A stretch of DNA of 64,000 nucleotides, taken from assembly GCA_043228905.1 (NCBI GenBank), contig JBHGNT010000011.1, positions 1 through 64,000 on the forward strand, read 5' to 3'. The DNA comes from Azolla caroliniana (Eukaryota; Plantae; Polypodiophyta). A program made the translations under genes and the position numbers. A model generated the notes under the pieces. That model did not search any database. It was not told the origin of the DNA and saw nothing but the letters and a program-made list of their open reading frames with translations. This document shows, one piece after another, positions 23,871-37,897 of this stretch. Numbering within the stretch: the stretch's first letter is position 1; every line of letters begins with the position of its first letter.

Positions 23871-26800
23871 CACATGATCCTGTTGCCTTTCTCATGACCC
23901 TATAATGCGATAAAGATCAGAGTGGGATCAAGGAAGGATGATCAGTCAAGGATTGTGGCGATGATTGAGAAAGTACGTGCGAAGGGGGTGGGGGATATCT
24001 AAAAATCCAAATGCAATGCATTTATTACCAAATACACTGCTCACATTTCTTATTGAGATTTATCTAAAAAAGGTATTTATGATCATTTTTAATGGAATTC
24101 CGAACAAAAGGTATTACGTTCACTGTTTTCCAATAGGTTACTATATGTAAAGTAGCCCATAGATGGACATTTATTTATCTCTAAAGATATGCACACTAGT
24201 GAAATGTGGTTGATATGAGTTCATTTAGTTCCTTTGTTTGGCATGCGTACGTGCAAGGACTTCGAATGTTTAGGTGTGTTGTGATCAATGTCAGACTCTA
24301 TCTTATTCTTCTCAACATCTTTCTTGAAGCTTTTAAGTAAATGAGTTTGCCATGCAAGACCTTGAAAATCACCAAATTTCTTGATCTAGGACTTTGGATA
24401 GTATTTTCGCATTGATTAGGAGTTGTTAAAAAGCTCTAGAAATAATGTTTGAGCAACAGAAGGTTCTAATCTTCTTAGACTTATGCAAGAATATTCAATG
24501 ACCTCATTATGCTTCTAATATCATTAACCCACCCATGGCTCAGGTCCATGGCTCTGTAGTTTTTTGGGTTTTTACCAATTTTATGCAAGTCTTGTATGAA
24601 GTAATGCACAAGTCTTGTATTGAGTAATACTGTTTTGTGAAATCTCAACCTTTTATCATTTTGTATTTCATACTTGTACACGTGACAATGTGAATCAGCT
24701 ACATCATGATATAGCCAGTTGAACCATAATAAGATGTATAGTTTTTACCTTTACAATGCACATCGTTGGATCTTGTCCTTTTCATACCTTAATGAATAAC
24801 ACTATCTCATATCATTGAATCTAATTCATTGAATACTAGAATTTAATGCTCCTCTCCATCAAGAACTTCTTTGAGGGGGATTTGCAGTTATAAGCTCTTC
24901 AATAGTGGCTTTAAATGTTCAAGAGCAATTTTTTTCGAGCTCTTGTGACAAATCTTTGTTTATTTGAATAATTATCAATCTCTTTTGTGTGCCAGTATTT
25001 TGGCAAGACTCCCACCTTGGACTTGCCTTACTAGTAAGCTTAGAAGTAGTATAGTGAAGATCGTTCATTGTACAGTCGATTATGGTTTTAGATCCATGTC
25101 CAAGGAATTTGTGCAATGAGAGAAACATGTTCAAGATCATCTAACATTTGATAAATGATGCAATCAAGCCCCAAAGCTTTCTTCCCAAGCAATATCAATA
25201 TCAAATACATTTTGGGAATGAGGATATAAATTCGAGATGGAAGCTGGGGGCAAGAACACACAACATTCAAAATTTCAAAATTTGAATAGAAAAGGGATGC
25301 ATATGTACAAACTTATGAGCAAAAGCACGTCTAAGGACCAACATTTGACCAAATGCATGTTTAGTCAATCATATGTAATAATACTCGAAAGTTTTAAAAT
25401 GGTTAGAGACTAGTAAAGACATAAAATAATGTGATGCAATGCATGATAAAGTAAGTTTTGAATAGTTTCATTTGAAAACTCTTAAAATGTTGATATTTAT
25501 TATGTAGAACAATATTGTCAATATCTTGTTCACCATCATGATTTGATGACTCCGTTTCCATTATCCTTTTCCATTATCCTTGTCAACTACAAGTGGAATA
25601 CTTTCTTCCTCTTGTAAGCAAATAAAACTTTCATTTGCATCATCACAAAGAAACGAAAATTTAGTCAAATGCATATTTGTTGCCAGAAAATCTTAGCCAT
25701 TGGTTTTTTCTAGTGCCAAGGTAATTTCTCCTCTTGGTTGCAATGTTACCCATGGTGCTAAACAATCTCTCCATTGATGAAGAGCTACAAGACTATAAAA
25801 GGATATTAATGGCCAATGCTTGTATTCATTGTTATTTGAATGAGCTCTTTTTGGGTTTCTTTTTGTTTACCTTTTTATTATTTCTCATTTAATACTATGA
25901 ATGTTGCTCCCAACAGTTGAGAGTGATGCCACATCAATTGATGCCAAAGGTGTCAATCCTTGTTTATGGTGCCGCACCAATTAGAACATTGGCTATATAA
26001 TATATGGTACATGAGAGTTTTCGTAGATTTGGAAGGAATTACTTTTGTGGCAAAGGGATGCCCACATGACGAGGCATAAAATTAGTCACAAAAATAATTG
26101 GTGTTATGGAGCATGGTGTATGAATATACGCATGATTGATTACTAGCCTAGGGAAATCTAAAGATATCATTCCTCATCATGAGACGTTTAAAACATCTCG
26201 AACAGTGTTAACAATATCTTATCTTTATTTGTTTGCCAAATCAACATGGGGATGATTACATATGAGAAAATTCTAGGAAGGGTTGCCCACAAGGCATGAC
26301 ATGGTAATTTTTTGCAGTGACATCGGCGGGCATGGCACTATTCCAGACTTGAAATTCTTTTTATAGTGGTCACATTGGTTGTGTCAGTACTTTTCTACAC
26401 AAACAATGAACATTTATCATGATTTACCTTAAGGCAGATACCTTCGTAGCAAGGAGAGATAAAACATAGAAATAGAAATATTTGAGCACCAAACAAGTTG
26501 TTAAATAAACACTTAAAAAAATGTTGACATTTGTAAAGACTAAAAACTTGATATTTGAGGGTCTATTGGAAGAGAATATGCTCATTGCTGCTGACACTAC
26601 CTACCCTAGAAACATAGCACATAAAGCACTAATGCACATATGATTCCTTAATATCCATATTTTCACAATGTGATTGTATTACACACTGATTCCCCTATCA
26701 CATGTCTTACTATCTTCATTTGTTCTTGATGGTTTTGCAAACATATTCCAATTGATAAGTGAATGAGAAGTGATGCATTTTAAGATTCGCAACAATGGAA

Positions 26801-27594
26801 GCATTCCATCTGATTGTCAAATGGAAGGGTGAGAAGAAGGATGCAAAGAAGATATTTAAGGGAAGTGACCCGACTAAAATGTCAGTCATATGACTAAGGA
26901 TTGTAGAAAGAACCAGAAAGATGGGAAGAACACATCAAGCTTTCTTTGAACATAAAGAATTTGCTAATTTGGTTGGTAGATACATTGGATCTATGGTAGT
27001 TGTAAAGAATCTAACTCTCGTAGAGTTGGGGTATGCAAAAGTGTAGTGTGTGTGTGAGAGCGGACATTGAAGAGAAAATTATATTAATAAACTAAAGATC
27101 ATCAACTAAATACAATGGGCCAAGGCGGTTTCATATATAAGTCCTCAATGGACTGCCACATTAAATGTGGTTGGTAGAATCTAATCAAGATATCCACTTG
27201 AGTATGATTGTGTCACAAGAATATCAGATATTCTTTGATCACATTCACACTTGATAACTACACGGATTACAGTAAAGTGTGTTCACACACTTTATCACAC
27301 ATTGTGTTTTATCACACATTGAGCTTGATTCTCAACATAGTGTTGTACTAAAACTTTGTCGACGGATTAATCCTGGCTCCTCGATAATGGAGTCACATGA
27401 CTAAAAGATTAATGTATCTCTTTGATGCCCCTCAAAGGCCCAATTTGGTGATGAGTAGCAATGCTAAAGTTTGTCTGCAACTTTGCTAGTGAGCCTATTT
27501 TTGTTGTTTTGAATTAAATGCTTAAAAACTGATTTGACAACAGCCAAATAAAGGAATTGCTTTATGAAACGTACCATAATGTTAAGCTAAACCT

Positions 27595-28094
27595 ATGGAC
27601 ATGCATGTTTGCAAGTTTCTAAAAGACCCTACTATTAAAGATATAAACCTACAAATACAAGGAGGTAGGAAAAATCACATCCATTGTAACTTTATCATTA
27701 TTAATAACATTTTACATTTTGTAAGTCAATGCCAACCACCACGAGTCTACGTACTAGAGGCTCTTCGTCCAAGCTACCTAGTGTTCTACCACAATAGACA
27801 ACTCATCGACCACTTTGGATTCCATAAGTTGCTACATCACATTCAATCCCTCTACAATTGGACCAAGCTCATCGATCCATCTCCCAATTCCTACAAGCAT
27901 GTCCAATGTGTCAGTCAATGAAGGGTCTGCAACAATCGTACGGGCATTACACCCACAAAGCCCTTCGACTTGGTGGGATGGGACCTCATGGACCCTTTAC
28001 CGAGTTCGTTGATTCACGACAATAAGTACATTTTGGTGATCACCGAATAACTAACCCGCTGGTGTGAAGCAATTGCCCTATTCGATGCCACAAC
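27595..28094 (+). pseudogene. Ty3/gypsy integrase fragment
   Basis: YHNRQLIDHFGFHK...CPMCQ (HHCC), followed by PFDLVGWDLM...NKYILVITE*LTRWCEAIAL. Confidence 0.7.
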
Positions 28095-28660
28095 TTTTTT
28101 CGTTACACTTTTATTACTAGTGGGAAACCTCAAAGTGAGGTTAAAACCCACAAAGAATAAAGAAAAATATACAAATGTCGATTAGACACTAAAGATCTTA
28201 AAAGCACTCAAAGTAAAGGTTGTATATTTGGAGTGTGATGTCTCTCAATTGCAAACAATCAAATAGAGATTGCCTGAGGGATTTCTTAAAGACGCTAACT
28301 TCATGCAGTTGGTTTTGATCAAAGACCTTATTATTGCGGGTTGTCCAAATGGTCCAAAGTGCCCTGAATCGTGTCCATTGGAGAAAATAGGCATTGTCGA
28401 GCATTGTCGAATATGGCGCATGGAATTTGTCCAAATATCCAAAAGTAGTTACCAAACCTTCGGCTAGGAAATCTGTGATAAAGAGATGCACTTAGTCTTT
28501 GTACAAATGTTGTAGTGAATAACCGAGTCCATAATAAGTGTGGGACCATTTCCAATCGTCCACCACATCTTGCACAATGTAACGAGGCTATTGATCTCTT
28601 TTGAAGATTCGACCCAGTCGGGAGCACACCCAATAAGAATCTCCATAGGAATACCCTAAT
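28095..28660 (-). mobile_element. L1 LINE ORF2 C-terminal (zf-RVT) fragment and 3'UTR
   Basis: LPTGSNLQKR...CARCGGRLEMVPHLLW and LWTIWTTRNNKVF motifs; short A-tail at 28095. Confidence 0.8.
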
Positions 28661-29349
28661 GTCATTCCTGTTTATGACTCCAGTGTTGTTGTTGGAATGA
28701 CGTCACTCTTGATTATGAGCTCAATGTTCCTTAGTGTTGTTGTTGGAATGATGTCTCTCCTCTTGATTATGAACTCAATGTTCCTCTTGTTTATCTCTGT
28801 GTTAACTATAAACCCCTTTTTTCAAAAATGGAGTGTTCCTCTTGTTTATCTCCGCGTTAACTATAAACCCCTTTTTTTCGAAAAGGCAAGAGAGGGAGTG
28901 TTTCGTGATAAGCCCTAACGCCAAGGGGGAAGTGTCATGTAGTGGAGCAAGATTAGTAAGTAGTTAGTTAGGAGACGCAACAAGTAACTAAAAATATTAC
29001 AAATAGAAAGTAAGGAAAAGGTCAAGGGGCATACTTTCAGCTATCTTGTGTATGTTACTATATATCTAATGTGCTATTGGTTCCTACCCACAAATAATGT
29101 ATTGTTTGATGAATGGGTTGCCCTATCCTAAGCAATACATGGTCTCATGTTGAATAATTTCAATCAGTATATGCCAACTCCCATGCTAAATTAAAGATGG
29201 CCCACCTAGAGTTCGATGTAATATCAACACTAATGCACAAATTATTAATATAATTGAATTGAATATTACATAAAGAAAAGTTCAATTCACATGATGAGAT
29301 GAGGCATGCATTGTTTTTTTATTGTTGTGTTGGTTTGATACACATGCAG

Positions 29350-29357
<8 letters not shown>

Positions 29358-29422
<65 letters not shown>
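29358..29422. repeat. (CA)n microsatellite
   Basis: Direct inspection. Confidence 0.97.
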
Positions 29423-29425
<3 letters not shown>

Positions 29426-30460
29426 CTTTTAGAGATATAAATAGACGATTATATAAGTGTGACCGTACGGGGACAAGGTCCACATGGCTAATCATTGTCA
29501 TAAAACAATGTCCCCGATTGAGTGGGCGGGGAACTTAGAAATAGAAAGAAGATCTAAAAGCACAAAACATTAAGTTAGTTGTGGATTTCAATGTGATGGT
29601 CTTCCATAATGGTTTCGAATAGATGAGTGAAGAGCATGTCTAACGTCACATATAACATTTCACTCCAAACTAGGAGTTCTCAAAAGTTTGCACAACTCTT
29701 GTATGAACTCGCCAATCTAATGAAATTAACGAATCAAAGTATATTGATGCAATTTCTTCTTTTTGTATAGAAATCTTGGAAAACCTCCTAATTGACTCGA
29801 AAGGGTCATTACTTTTACCAAATGCTTGAAGTTTTCTAGAGCCCACTACAATCGTCCTGGTTAGCAACAAACACCCTTCCCCTCTGCAAGCGCAAAGCGG
29901 TTATGATGAGTTCATACCCTTTTTTCTTCATTTTCTTGAATGCTCCAAGTCTCTTTATGATCGCCTTGGTAACCAAATGACTCTCCTCTAGAACAACAAG
30001 GGATTAAGGCGAGATTCATCATTGGGCCCTCTCCTCTGTTTAGTCTCAAACGATACATGCTACATAAAATGATACTGGAGCCATTAAAAAAAACGTTGTA
30101 AAAACTCAACATCCCCATGTTTCCTTCTCCTCTCTTGGAAGGGGTTTAAAGAGGAGTCGGATTGAATGGTAGAAGAGATTGAGGTTGTGGGTTCAATTCT
30201 CCAATCTCTTGTTTCTTCTCTCAAACGATGCGTGAAACATAAAGTGCTATTGCAGCCAATCAAAACAAACGGTAAAAACTCAATATCCCCATGTTTCCTT
30301 CTTCTATAAGTTGGAAGGGGTTTAAAGCAGAGTCAGATTGAATAGTAGAAGAGAGGGAGGTCGTGGGTTCAAATCTCCACCCTCTATTTCTTCTCATGGG
30401 ATATGTAATGTCATCATCATCCATTCATATTTCTATTCCTCCTCCCCTCCCCCTCCCCCT

Positions 30461-33400
30461 TATAAGAGAAATTAAAGAGACAAAAGAAAGAGAGAAGAGA
30501 GAGGAAGATTGAGGGAGAGAGAGGGGGAGAGAGAGAGAGCAAAATTGTAATATTGAATTAGTTAGTGTAAAGTTACATCATCACGTTTGATATGTGGGAG
30601 ACAATACTAAAAGGTACACCTCTTCCTCTAACGTTTAGTTGAAGGGGTGTATACATATTATTTCCCAATCTAAAATGTTTCTATATTATTTATTCTAACA
30701 CCCCCCCTTAATGTAAAACATTTTAGTTCTTGGCCTTTTGTAGGTAGAGGCCAATTTTATTGCAACAATTCCAATGCTTTTGGTGTGACACCGGCTTCGT
30801 TAAAAAATCTGCCCACATTGTTGTTGTTGAGGTGTAATGTAGTAGCATTTCTTTAGATTCTACCAATTCTCGAATAAAATGATGTCTTGCTTGGATATGC
30901 TTGTTTTGATCGGTGATCTTAGGAGTTGTTGATAACTTAATACATGATTGTTTATCACAAAATATCTTTATTTCCATAAGCTTAAAGATGTCAAGCTCTT
31001 CAATTATCGTTTTGATCCATAATCCTTCTTTAGCCGTTAGAGCGGCTGCCACATACTCGGCTTCGGTGCTTGAAAGTGCTACAGATACTTGGCGTTTGCT
31101 TTTCCAAGTGATTGTGGCACCACCAAATATAAAAACCATGCCTGATGTTGAGCGGGAGGTATCAAGATCCCCCCCCCCGAAATCCGAATCCGTCCATCCA
31201 ACTTGTGAAGTATCGATCCATCCACTAGGTTGTGACGAATTCTTGGATTGGAAGCTTCGATATGTGAGACCCATATCCTTGGTATATTTGAGATATCGTA
31301 GGACACGTTTAAGGGCTTGCCAATGTGCAAGTCCAGGATTTCACATAAATCTAGAAAGGAATCCCGCACAATAAGAAAGATCGGGAGGAGTGCAACTCAC
31401 AAGATACCTTATACTTCCTAAGATTTGCCGATAAGGAAGTGACTTCATAATTTGTTCTTCTTCAATTGACATTGGGCTATCATTTGTTGAAAGCTTGCAT
31501 GGAACTGTCATAGGAGTCGAAATTGGCTTGCAATCCACCATCTCAAACTTTTGAAGAATATCATCCACCAATTTTTGTTGTGTTAAAGTTAGAGTTCCTT
31601 CTATGCGATTTCGAGTGACCTTGATTCCAAGACAATATTCGAGAGGTCCAAGATCTTTCACTAGGAACTTCTCCTTTAATTGGTTTATTGTCTTCCTTAT
31701 TGAAGCTATAGAATTCGAAGAAATCGGTAAATCATCCATATAAACACCAATGATTACATAGATAGTGCCATCCTTGCGAATATAGATATTTGGTTCAGCT
31801 TGAAGATGATTGAAGCCGATGGAAACAAGATACGTATGTAGTTTGAAATGCCACATCCGCGTAGATTGCTTTAGACTATATAATGATTTGTGGAGTTTAC
31901 AAACATAATTCGAAAATTGAGGATCCAAAAAGTGACTTGGTTGCTCCATATAAATCTCCTCCTCAAGATCTCCATGTAGAAAAGCGGTCTCGATGTCAAG
32001 ATGGAGTTCAAGGTTGAGGCTAGCCGAAATTGAGAACATTAACCAAAGAGGCACCATCTTTAAAGTAGGTGCAAAAATATCTTTGAAATCTATGCCAGGG
32101 ATTTGTGAAAATCCTCAACCACAACAACATGTGCCATAAATCAAACCACAATACCATGGGCATCCGTTTTCTTTGTAAGGACCCATTTGCATGAAATTAC
32201 ATTTCGATCTTTGGCACGTGGAACTAAGGTCCAAGTCTTATTCCGATGTAAAGCATCCATCTCGGCTTGCATTGCGGCCTCCCATTGCGTAGCATCGGGA
32301 CCATGAAGAGCCTTTTCCGGTGTTAAGTCAAAAACTTGATCATGATTATCCATATCATTATTGTGGACATCAACCAATAGCATTTCAATTGGTTCAGTAA
32401 TCTCCATAAGTTCATTAATATTCTTAAATTTTCTTTTGCTTCTAGGTTTCCTTGGTATTAATTTTTGAAAATACTCTTCATTCTTAAGATTTGAATGTGA
32501 GAAATTATCATGTGAGACTTCCTTATTAGTTCCTCCTGGGTCATCGAAATTATCACCATCTTTAGGGGAAAAATCAAGAGACGATGAAGATGACAAAACA
32601 TGAGTTAGAGTACAGATAGTCTTTCTTCATTGATTTCATGAAGTTTGTCCATTGATGATTGTTGTTCTTGTTCATCATCTTCATCTTTACTTGGTTGATT
32701 TGGATGGTAGTGGTGGACATTCGATTTAAATGGATTTTGATGATGATAATGTGTTAATTCCTTTTGAATTGTTGCATCCTCATCAAGCTTTTGCACTTGT
32801 TCTCTAGGAATAGGGCCTTTGTACTATTTTCTATGCGAGATATTCAACTGCATTAGTAAATTTGTATTAAAACATTTTGAGAATGTTCTACCTTTGCTGG
32901 GAGATTTGAGAGAAGGCCCTCCTCATCGAACGTAACCGACCGGCTAGAAATAAAAATTTCTTTGTCTTGAGATCAAGTAATTTGTAGGCTTTGACTCCAG
33001 CCGATTCTCCATAGCCAACGAAAATTCCTTTTCTAGCATGTGGATCTAACTTTCTCCTTTTCTCTAGTGGAATATGACCATATGCCGTTGCACCAAATAC
33101 ACGAAGATGTGAAACATTTGGTTTGTGACCAAACCACTTTGAATATGGAGTATTCAATCCAAGAGCTTTATGATGTGATCGATTTTGAAGGTAGGAAGCC
33201 GTTGCGATCGCTTCTTGCCAAAATTGATTTTGAAACCCTGTGACTTGTAGCATACTCCGACTAGCATCCAAGAGTGCTCGATTCTTTCGTTCGGCAACTC
33301 CATTTTGTTGTGGAGTATAAGGAACGGTATGTTGATGCCTAATGCCATGCTCTTGACAAAACTTTATCCATACATGTGAGAAATATTCACCACCATTGTC

Positions 33401-35638
33401 CGTTCTTATTGTGTTTATTTTACTTTGGCATTGATTTTCCACATAAGCTTTATACGTTTTGAAAGCATTAAAAGCCTCGGATTTTGCTTTCAAGAAATAT
33501 ATAATTGTGAATCTTGTATGATCATCAATGAATGAAATAAAGTACTTGTTACCATTCAATGATGTAGTCGGCATTGGTCCACATAAATCCGAGTGAACTA
33601 ATTGTAGCCTTCTTTCGGTTTGACTCACACTATGTGGGAATGGTTGACAACTTTGTTTTCCAAAAATACATCCTTCACATAATGGTAAATGCCTAAACGG
33701 TGTTGTCGGCATTCCTTCACTTGACTTGTGTGTTTGAATGGTTTTCATGGACTTTGTATTTAGATGTCCAAGACGATAATGCCAAAGTAGGGTTGTATTG
33801 GTGATGATGTTGCCTAATGTTGTGTGTGCTTCAATTTGGGTTTCCTCCATCATTTGAAGAGGATAGAGGCGACCAAGTTTTGGGCATGATGTTCTTAACA
33901 TTTCACCATTTGGTAGTTTATGTTTAATAATAGCACAATTTGAATGGAATTCAATAATAGTTCCGTTTGTGGTTGCTTCACTAACCGATAATAAATTCTT
34001 TGTGATACTTGGAACATAGTGAGCGTTTGGAATACTCATTCTCCTTGTTTGATTAATGGAAAGTTGAACTTCTCCTTTCCCAATTGCGGCTTTGGTACCA
34101 TTGTCTCCTAATCGAACTTCTAGGGCTTGTGGAAGCGCTTTATAATTGAGGAGCAAGCTCTTGTTGTGAGTGAGATGGTGTGTTGCACCGGTGTCAAGAA
34201 ACCAAAGATTTGCGCCATTCTCCGATTTTGCTACCGCCATATATGCTTCTATTTTATTGGATCCACTTCGGAATCCACCTTTTGTTGGTTTTACTTCCAT
34301 CTCACACATGAATGCTTGTATAAAATTGTTGTCTCCATCTTCATATTCTTTATTATTAGATTGTAATGAAGCATTGTTTGCTTGTGGATTAGAATCTTCT
34401 ACCTTTTCCCTTTTGGTCGTATTGCTTCTTTCGACACTCATGTTCAAGATGGCCCGGTTTGTTGCAATATCTACAAAAAATTGTAGACATGGTGATGGCT
34501 CCCGCTCCTCCTTGAGGAGGCTTATTCCTTGGATGAAATTTTTGAAATGTCTTCGGCTTGTGGTAATTGCCTTTGTATGAGTTGCCTTTGTAATGATGTC
34601 TCATGGACACCGCCATCGCCATGTAACTTGTGTGACTTGTGTCCATTTGACCATTTGGTTTCTTTCTTCGTAGTTCGTCTTGCTTGATTTTTGCAATCAA
34701 GGTTTGGAGATTGAGATCCTTCTCGTTGCTATAGATACTCACAAATGTGATCCATGATTCTGGCAAAGAACCCATTAGTATTTCACATTTTGATGTCTCA
34801 TCAATAATGTTACATGCTGAGATTGCAGCATCTAGTTGTCTTTGCCAATTGCTTATGAAGGTGTCCGTTGGTTCACCTTCACGCATCTCCATGTTCATTA
34901 GGGTTCGGTACGAGAAAATTTTGGTCGTACCATCGGAGGGTTGGTGTAATTGTTTAAGATGATCCCACATTGCTCGTGCGGATCCAAGACTTCGAACATG
35001 ATCAACTTGTCGATCACTTAGATGCATGATTATCTCCATTCTTGCATCTAGGTCTCTACTTTTCCAATCACTCAAATCCGGTTCTGTTGACGGAATGACT
35101 TCAGAACCATTAACGATTCCAATAAGATTTGTTCTTTCGAGAATTAACTCCATTCTCGTTCTCCACATTCTATAGTTGTGATCGGTGAGTTTCTCCACCA
35201 CATATTTTCTTGCCATTTGATTTGCTGATGTACCATTGATTGGATTTCCACCAGACTCTGAGTGATTTTCCATATCGGTGGTCGTTGACATCTTGGATCA
35301 ATCTAACATGATGTACGCCACTTATTTGTTCACAAACTACTTATCTAACGTGATGAATGTCGCTTTGATACCATATAAGAGAAATTAAAGAGACAAAAGA
35401 AAGAGAGAAGAGAGAAGAAGAGAGAGGAAGACTGAGGGAGAGAGATGGGGGGAGAGAGAGAGAGAGCAAAATTGTAATATTGAATTAGTTAGTGTAAAGT
35501 TACATCATCACGTTTGATATGTGGGAGATGGTACTAAAAGGTACACCTCTTCCTCTAACATTTAGTTGAAGGGGTGTATACATATATATATTTATTTATT
35601 TCCCAATCTAAAATATTTCTATATTATTTATTCTAATA
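30461..35638 (-). mobile_element. Full-length but degenerate Ty1/copia element
   Basis: LTRs at 30461-30700 and 35374-35638, TSD CCCCT, PBS TGGTATCAAAGC at 35362-35373, PPT at 30701-30710. Frameshifted gag (35291; CRYCNKPGHLEHEC), PR (WFLDTGAT), INT (RTDNGGEY), RT (YMDD) and RNase H (WTDSD). Confidence 0.93.
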
Positions 35639-36439
35639 CCCCTCCCCACCAAATCATTCCATTTTTCTTCTCCATGTTTGTCCCTACTACCACAACTATG
35701 CGAGTTCAACCAAGCTCATTGTAAGTTCCGGTTGAAACCATCTAGTTTCTCTTTGCTTTTCTATGTTTTTCTTTTTGCTCTTTCCATCTTCAGTTTCCAT
35801 TCAATGTATTTCTTTCCCGATTGATTGATCGAGATTGTTTTCTCTCTATTTGTTATAGTACATAGAGATGACCGATCTATCTACTCATGTATAACTTTGA
35901 ATCTTTTGTTTATTTATTTATTTACTTTTTCATGTGTTCATGTTTTGCACTCCATTTAAACACCTAATTTGAATCTTTCTTTTGCTAGTTTTATGGTATT
36001 TTTTGCGTTCTCTTCTATATACATGTAGAACGGGTATAATAATTACCTCTTTTTACATACTTCACTTTGCCTTTTCTTTTTTTGGTTCAATACACACGAA
36101 GATCATGGTAAATATTCAACCACCCTTTTACCTTTATTAGCCTTAAGATTTGATATGCATTTTTGAGCAATTTTACTATTTTGATTATTTCCCATTCTTC
36201 ATCATCAAGCTTTGTTCTTAGAAAATCTATTCCATGATTTGTAAAGGTAGTTGTGGTTTAGCAGTTAATTTAATGTTTCCTCATATGTTTTATATGTGAA
36301 TTCTCTCGCAAATGTTTTGTTTGTTCATTTAAATATGATCATTGTAAAATGATGAATTACTGTCTTAAAATTTCAAAAACATTATATATGAAAATAAAAT
36401 CTTGTACCAGAGAAATTCAAACCATCACACACACACACA

Positions 36440-36990
36440 CACTGACAATAGAAAAAATCAGATATCGTCACCAATGATAGGTTATATATATTGTCACCTT
36501 ATCATATGTTTTGGATTGTACATAGTCACTGATGATAAGGTATATATAGCCACTTGATTGTGGTTATGATACGCCCATATTCCATAGGTCATGAATAATT
36601 GGTTAAACTATAGATAAAATGATGCCTTATATATGTTCACTAGCACATGAATCACAATGATAAATTATACATATTCACCCAATCAAGATGTTGCATCATG
36701 TATAGTCAGTAGATCGGGAATCATGATGATGAATTATACATAGTCACTAGGTCATAAATCATGATGATAAATTATTCATAGTCACTAGGTCATGAATCAT
36801 GATGATAAACTATACTAGTCACTAGATCATGATGATGCATAATCTTAGTTCCTAGATCTTGAATCATGATGATGATTTATGTATAGTCAATATGTCATGA
36901 ATCATGATCATTTAAATTATACATAATCACGTAGTCAGGATGATGCATTATTCATAGTTATAATTGCTCATGAATTAATCACTAGGTCAC
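36440..36990. repeat. Degenerate minisatellite with a unit of about 38 bp (atagtcactaggtcatgaatcatgatgataaattatac)
   Basis: Clearest units at 36740-36830; related units lie in TPT1 intron 2 (21230-21340 and 37290-37400). Confidence 0.75.
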
Positions 36991-37897
36991 CAAATTAGTT
37001 TGCCCATGACAATGTAAATTTCTTTTCTTATGGTTGAAATAAATTAGGCATGTGTATGTAATGTGTATTTATCTCATCAACGAAATAGTGTTCAGTCTTT
37101 AAATAGCTTTTCTTGATATGTCTAGATCACAATGTCTGTTGTTTGTGAGTGGGTTGCAAGTCAAGGTGGGAACTTCAGAAGAGTAAGTGCCTTCAACCCT
37201 ACATGCATGACAGTAATGGAAAGACCAAATTGACACAGTTAAGATTATTGTGAAGGTTGTTGCAATGAGTCATGATCATAAATTATGCAACCACTAAGGC
37301 ATGATTGTAATGATAAATTATATGTAACCACTTGGTCATGAATCACGATGATACTTTATACATCGTCACTAGATCAACACAATGCATTATACACATGTCA
37401 CTCATGGAGTGTTACTTTTGCTTTTTGTGTTTGAGTTGAAAAGCCTTTGGAAGGATTGGAAACAACTTGCAACTAGATTGAACCATCCTCATGCCATGGC
37501 ATCATCATCATCAACACCATCATCATCATCATCATCAAGGAAAACTACCACTAAAGAAGATTCCACATGGAGAAGAGCTTCTTCTACTGTTGATAAAAAG
37601 GGATATTCCAAAGAGCAGTCTCGGGGCTCCATGGTAGAGAAAAAATCCCTAACTAAGCAAGATCGGATATATTATCTTGGTAGACTTTTGTAAGTGACCT
37701 TAGCTAAAGTTTTAGCATGCAACCACTGTTTGATGAAAATAAAGCATGTTTCATGTTAATATTGCTCCGTGAGACCGTTTATTTTGAAGGCAATGAAATT
37801 TGGAATCCTATAGTTTTAATTTTTTATGACTCAACTCGTACCACCATCACATTTGAAAATAATTCCTAAGAACACTTGGTAAGGTTAAGGTTATGTA
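36991..37897 (+). pseudogene. TPT1: Partial second TPT1 copy (exons 37126-37182 and 37436-37689); its intron resumes at 54904-54985
   Basis: Colinear with about 20932-21860. Both exons are open with intact splice sites. Sequence after 54903 matches about 21857-21937. No catalytic exons were found in the window. Confidence 0.8.

Noticed and set aside
24300-27340. Possible decayed TE and solo LTR (about 27000-27337); also an LTR-like stretch at about 21860-22162
   Set aside because: No partner LTR, TSD or protein motif could be fixed with confidence.
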